A stretch of DNA of 64,000 nt from Eremomyces bilateralis CBS 781.70 (lineage: Eukaryota): the NCBI GenBank assembly GCA_010015585.1, contig ML975168.1. The stretch is one strand, 5' to 3'. The notes under the pieces are model-generated. The model was given only the letters and a program-made list of their open reading frames with translations, had not been told where the DNA came from and did no database searches. Numbering within the stretch: position 1 is the first letter of the stretch; each line of letters starts with the position of its first letter. Position numbers and translations under genes: made by a program. This document shows, in pieces, positions 63,989-64,000 of the stretch.

Positions 63989-64000
63989 ATGCCGTTTGAG

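Overview
Intron-containing filamentous-ascomycete (Pezizomycotina-type) DNA. Housekeeping genes lie at both ends: CSE1 exportin on the left, and SPATA20/YyaL-like and SEY1 on the right. The accessory-looking middle has two notable units. (1) A ~19.6-kb candidate amine/lactam catabolic cluster (11.85-31.44 kb): Zn-alcohol dehydrogenase, MFS transporter, homoserine-acetyltransferase-like hydrolase, LamB/PxpA, copper amine oxidase, LamA-like biotin-dependent urea-carboxylase homologue, 2OG-Fe(II) dioxygenase and Zn2Cys6 regulator, plus an aldehyde-dehydrogenase relic. It lies between a Mutator-type non-autonomous element and a dead Tc1 element. (2) A ~9.35-kb segment (35,995-45,349) that sits inside what appears to be a split 5S rRNA gene. 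It has an 8-bp direct repeat (GAGTTCCC) and an imperfect asymmetric inverted repeat at its ends, and carries gnd/mpi/TIM-barrel/SDR genes. This architecture resembles a degenerate 5S-targeting Starship. Also present are one intact 5S gene, a pectate lyase, a cutinase, a CAP protein, a Cys-rich secreted protein, two decayed 3'-5' exonuclease paralogues and an SRPK-like kinase pseudogene. All family calls come from motifs recognised by eye; no searches were run. Exon boundaries were placed by hand and are approximate unless given exactly.
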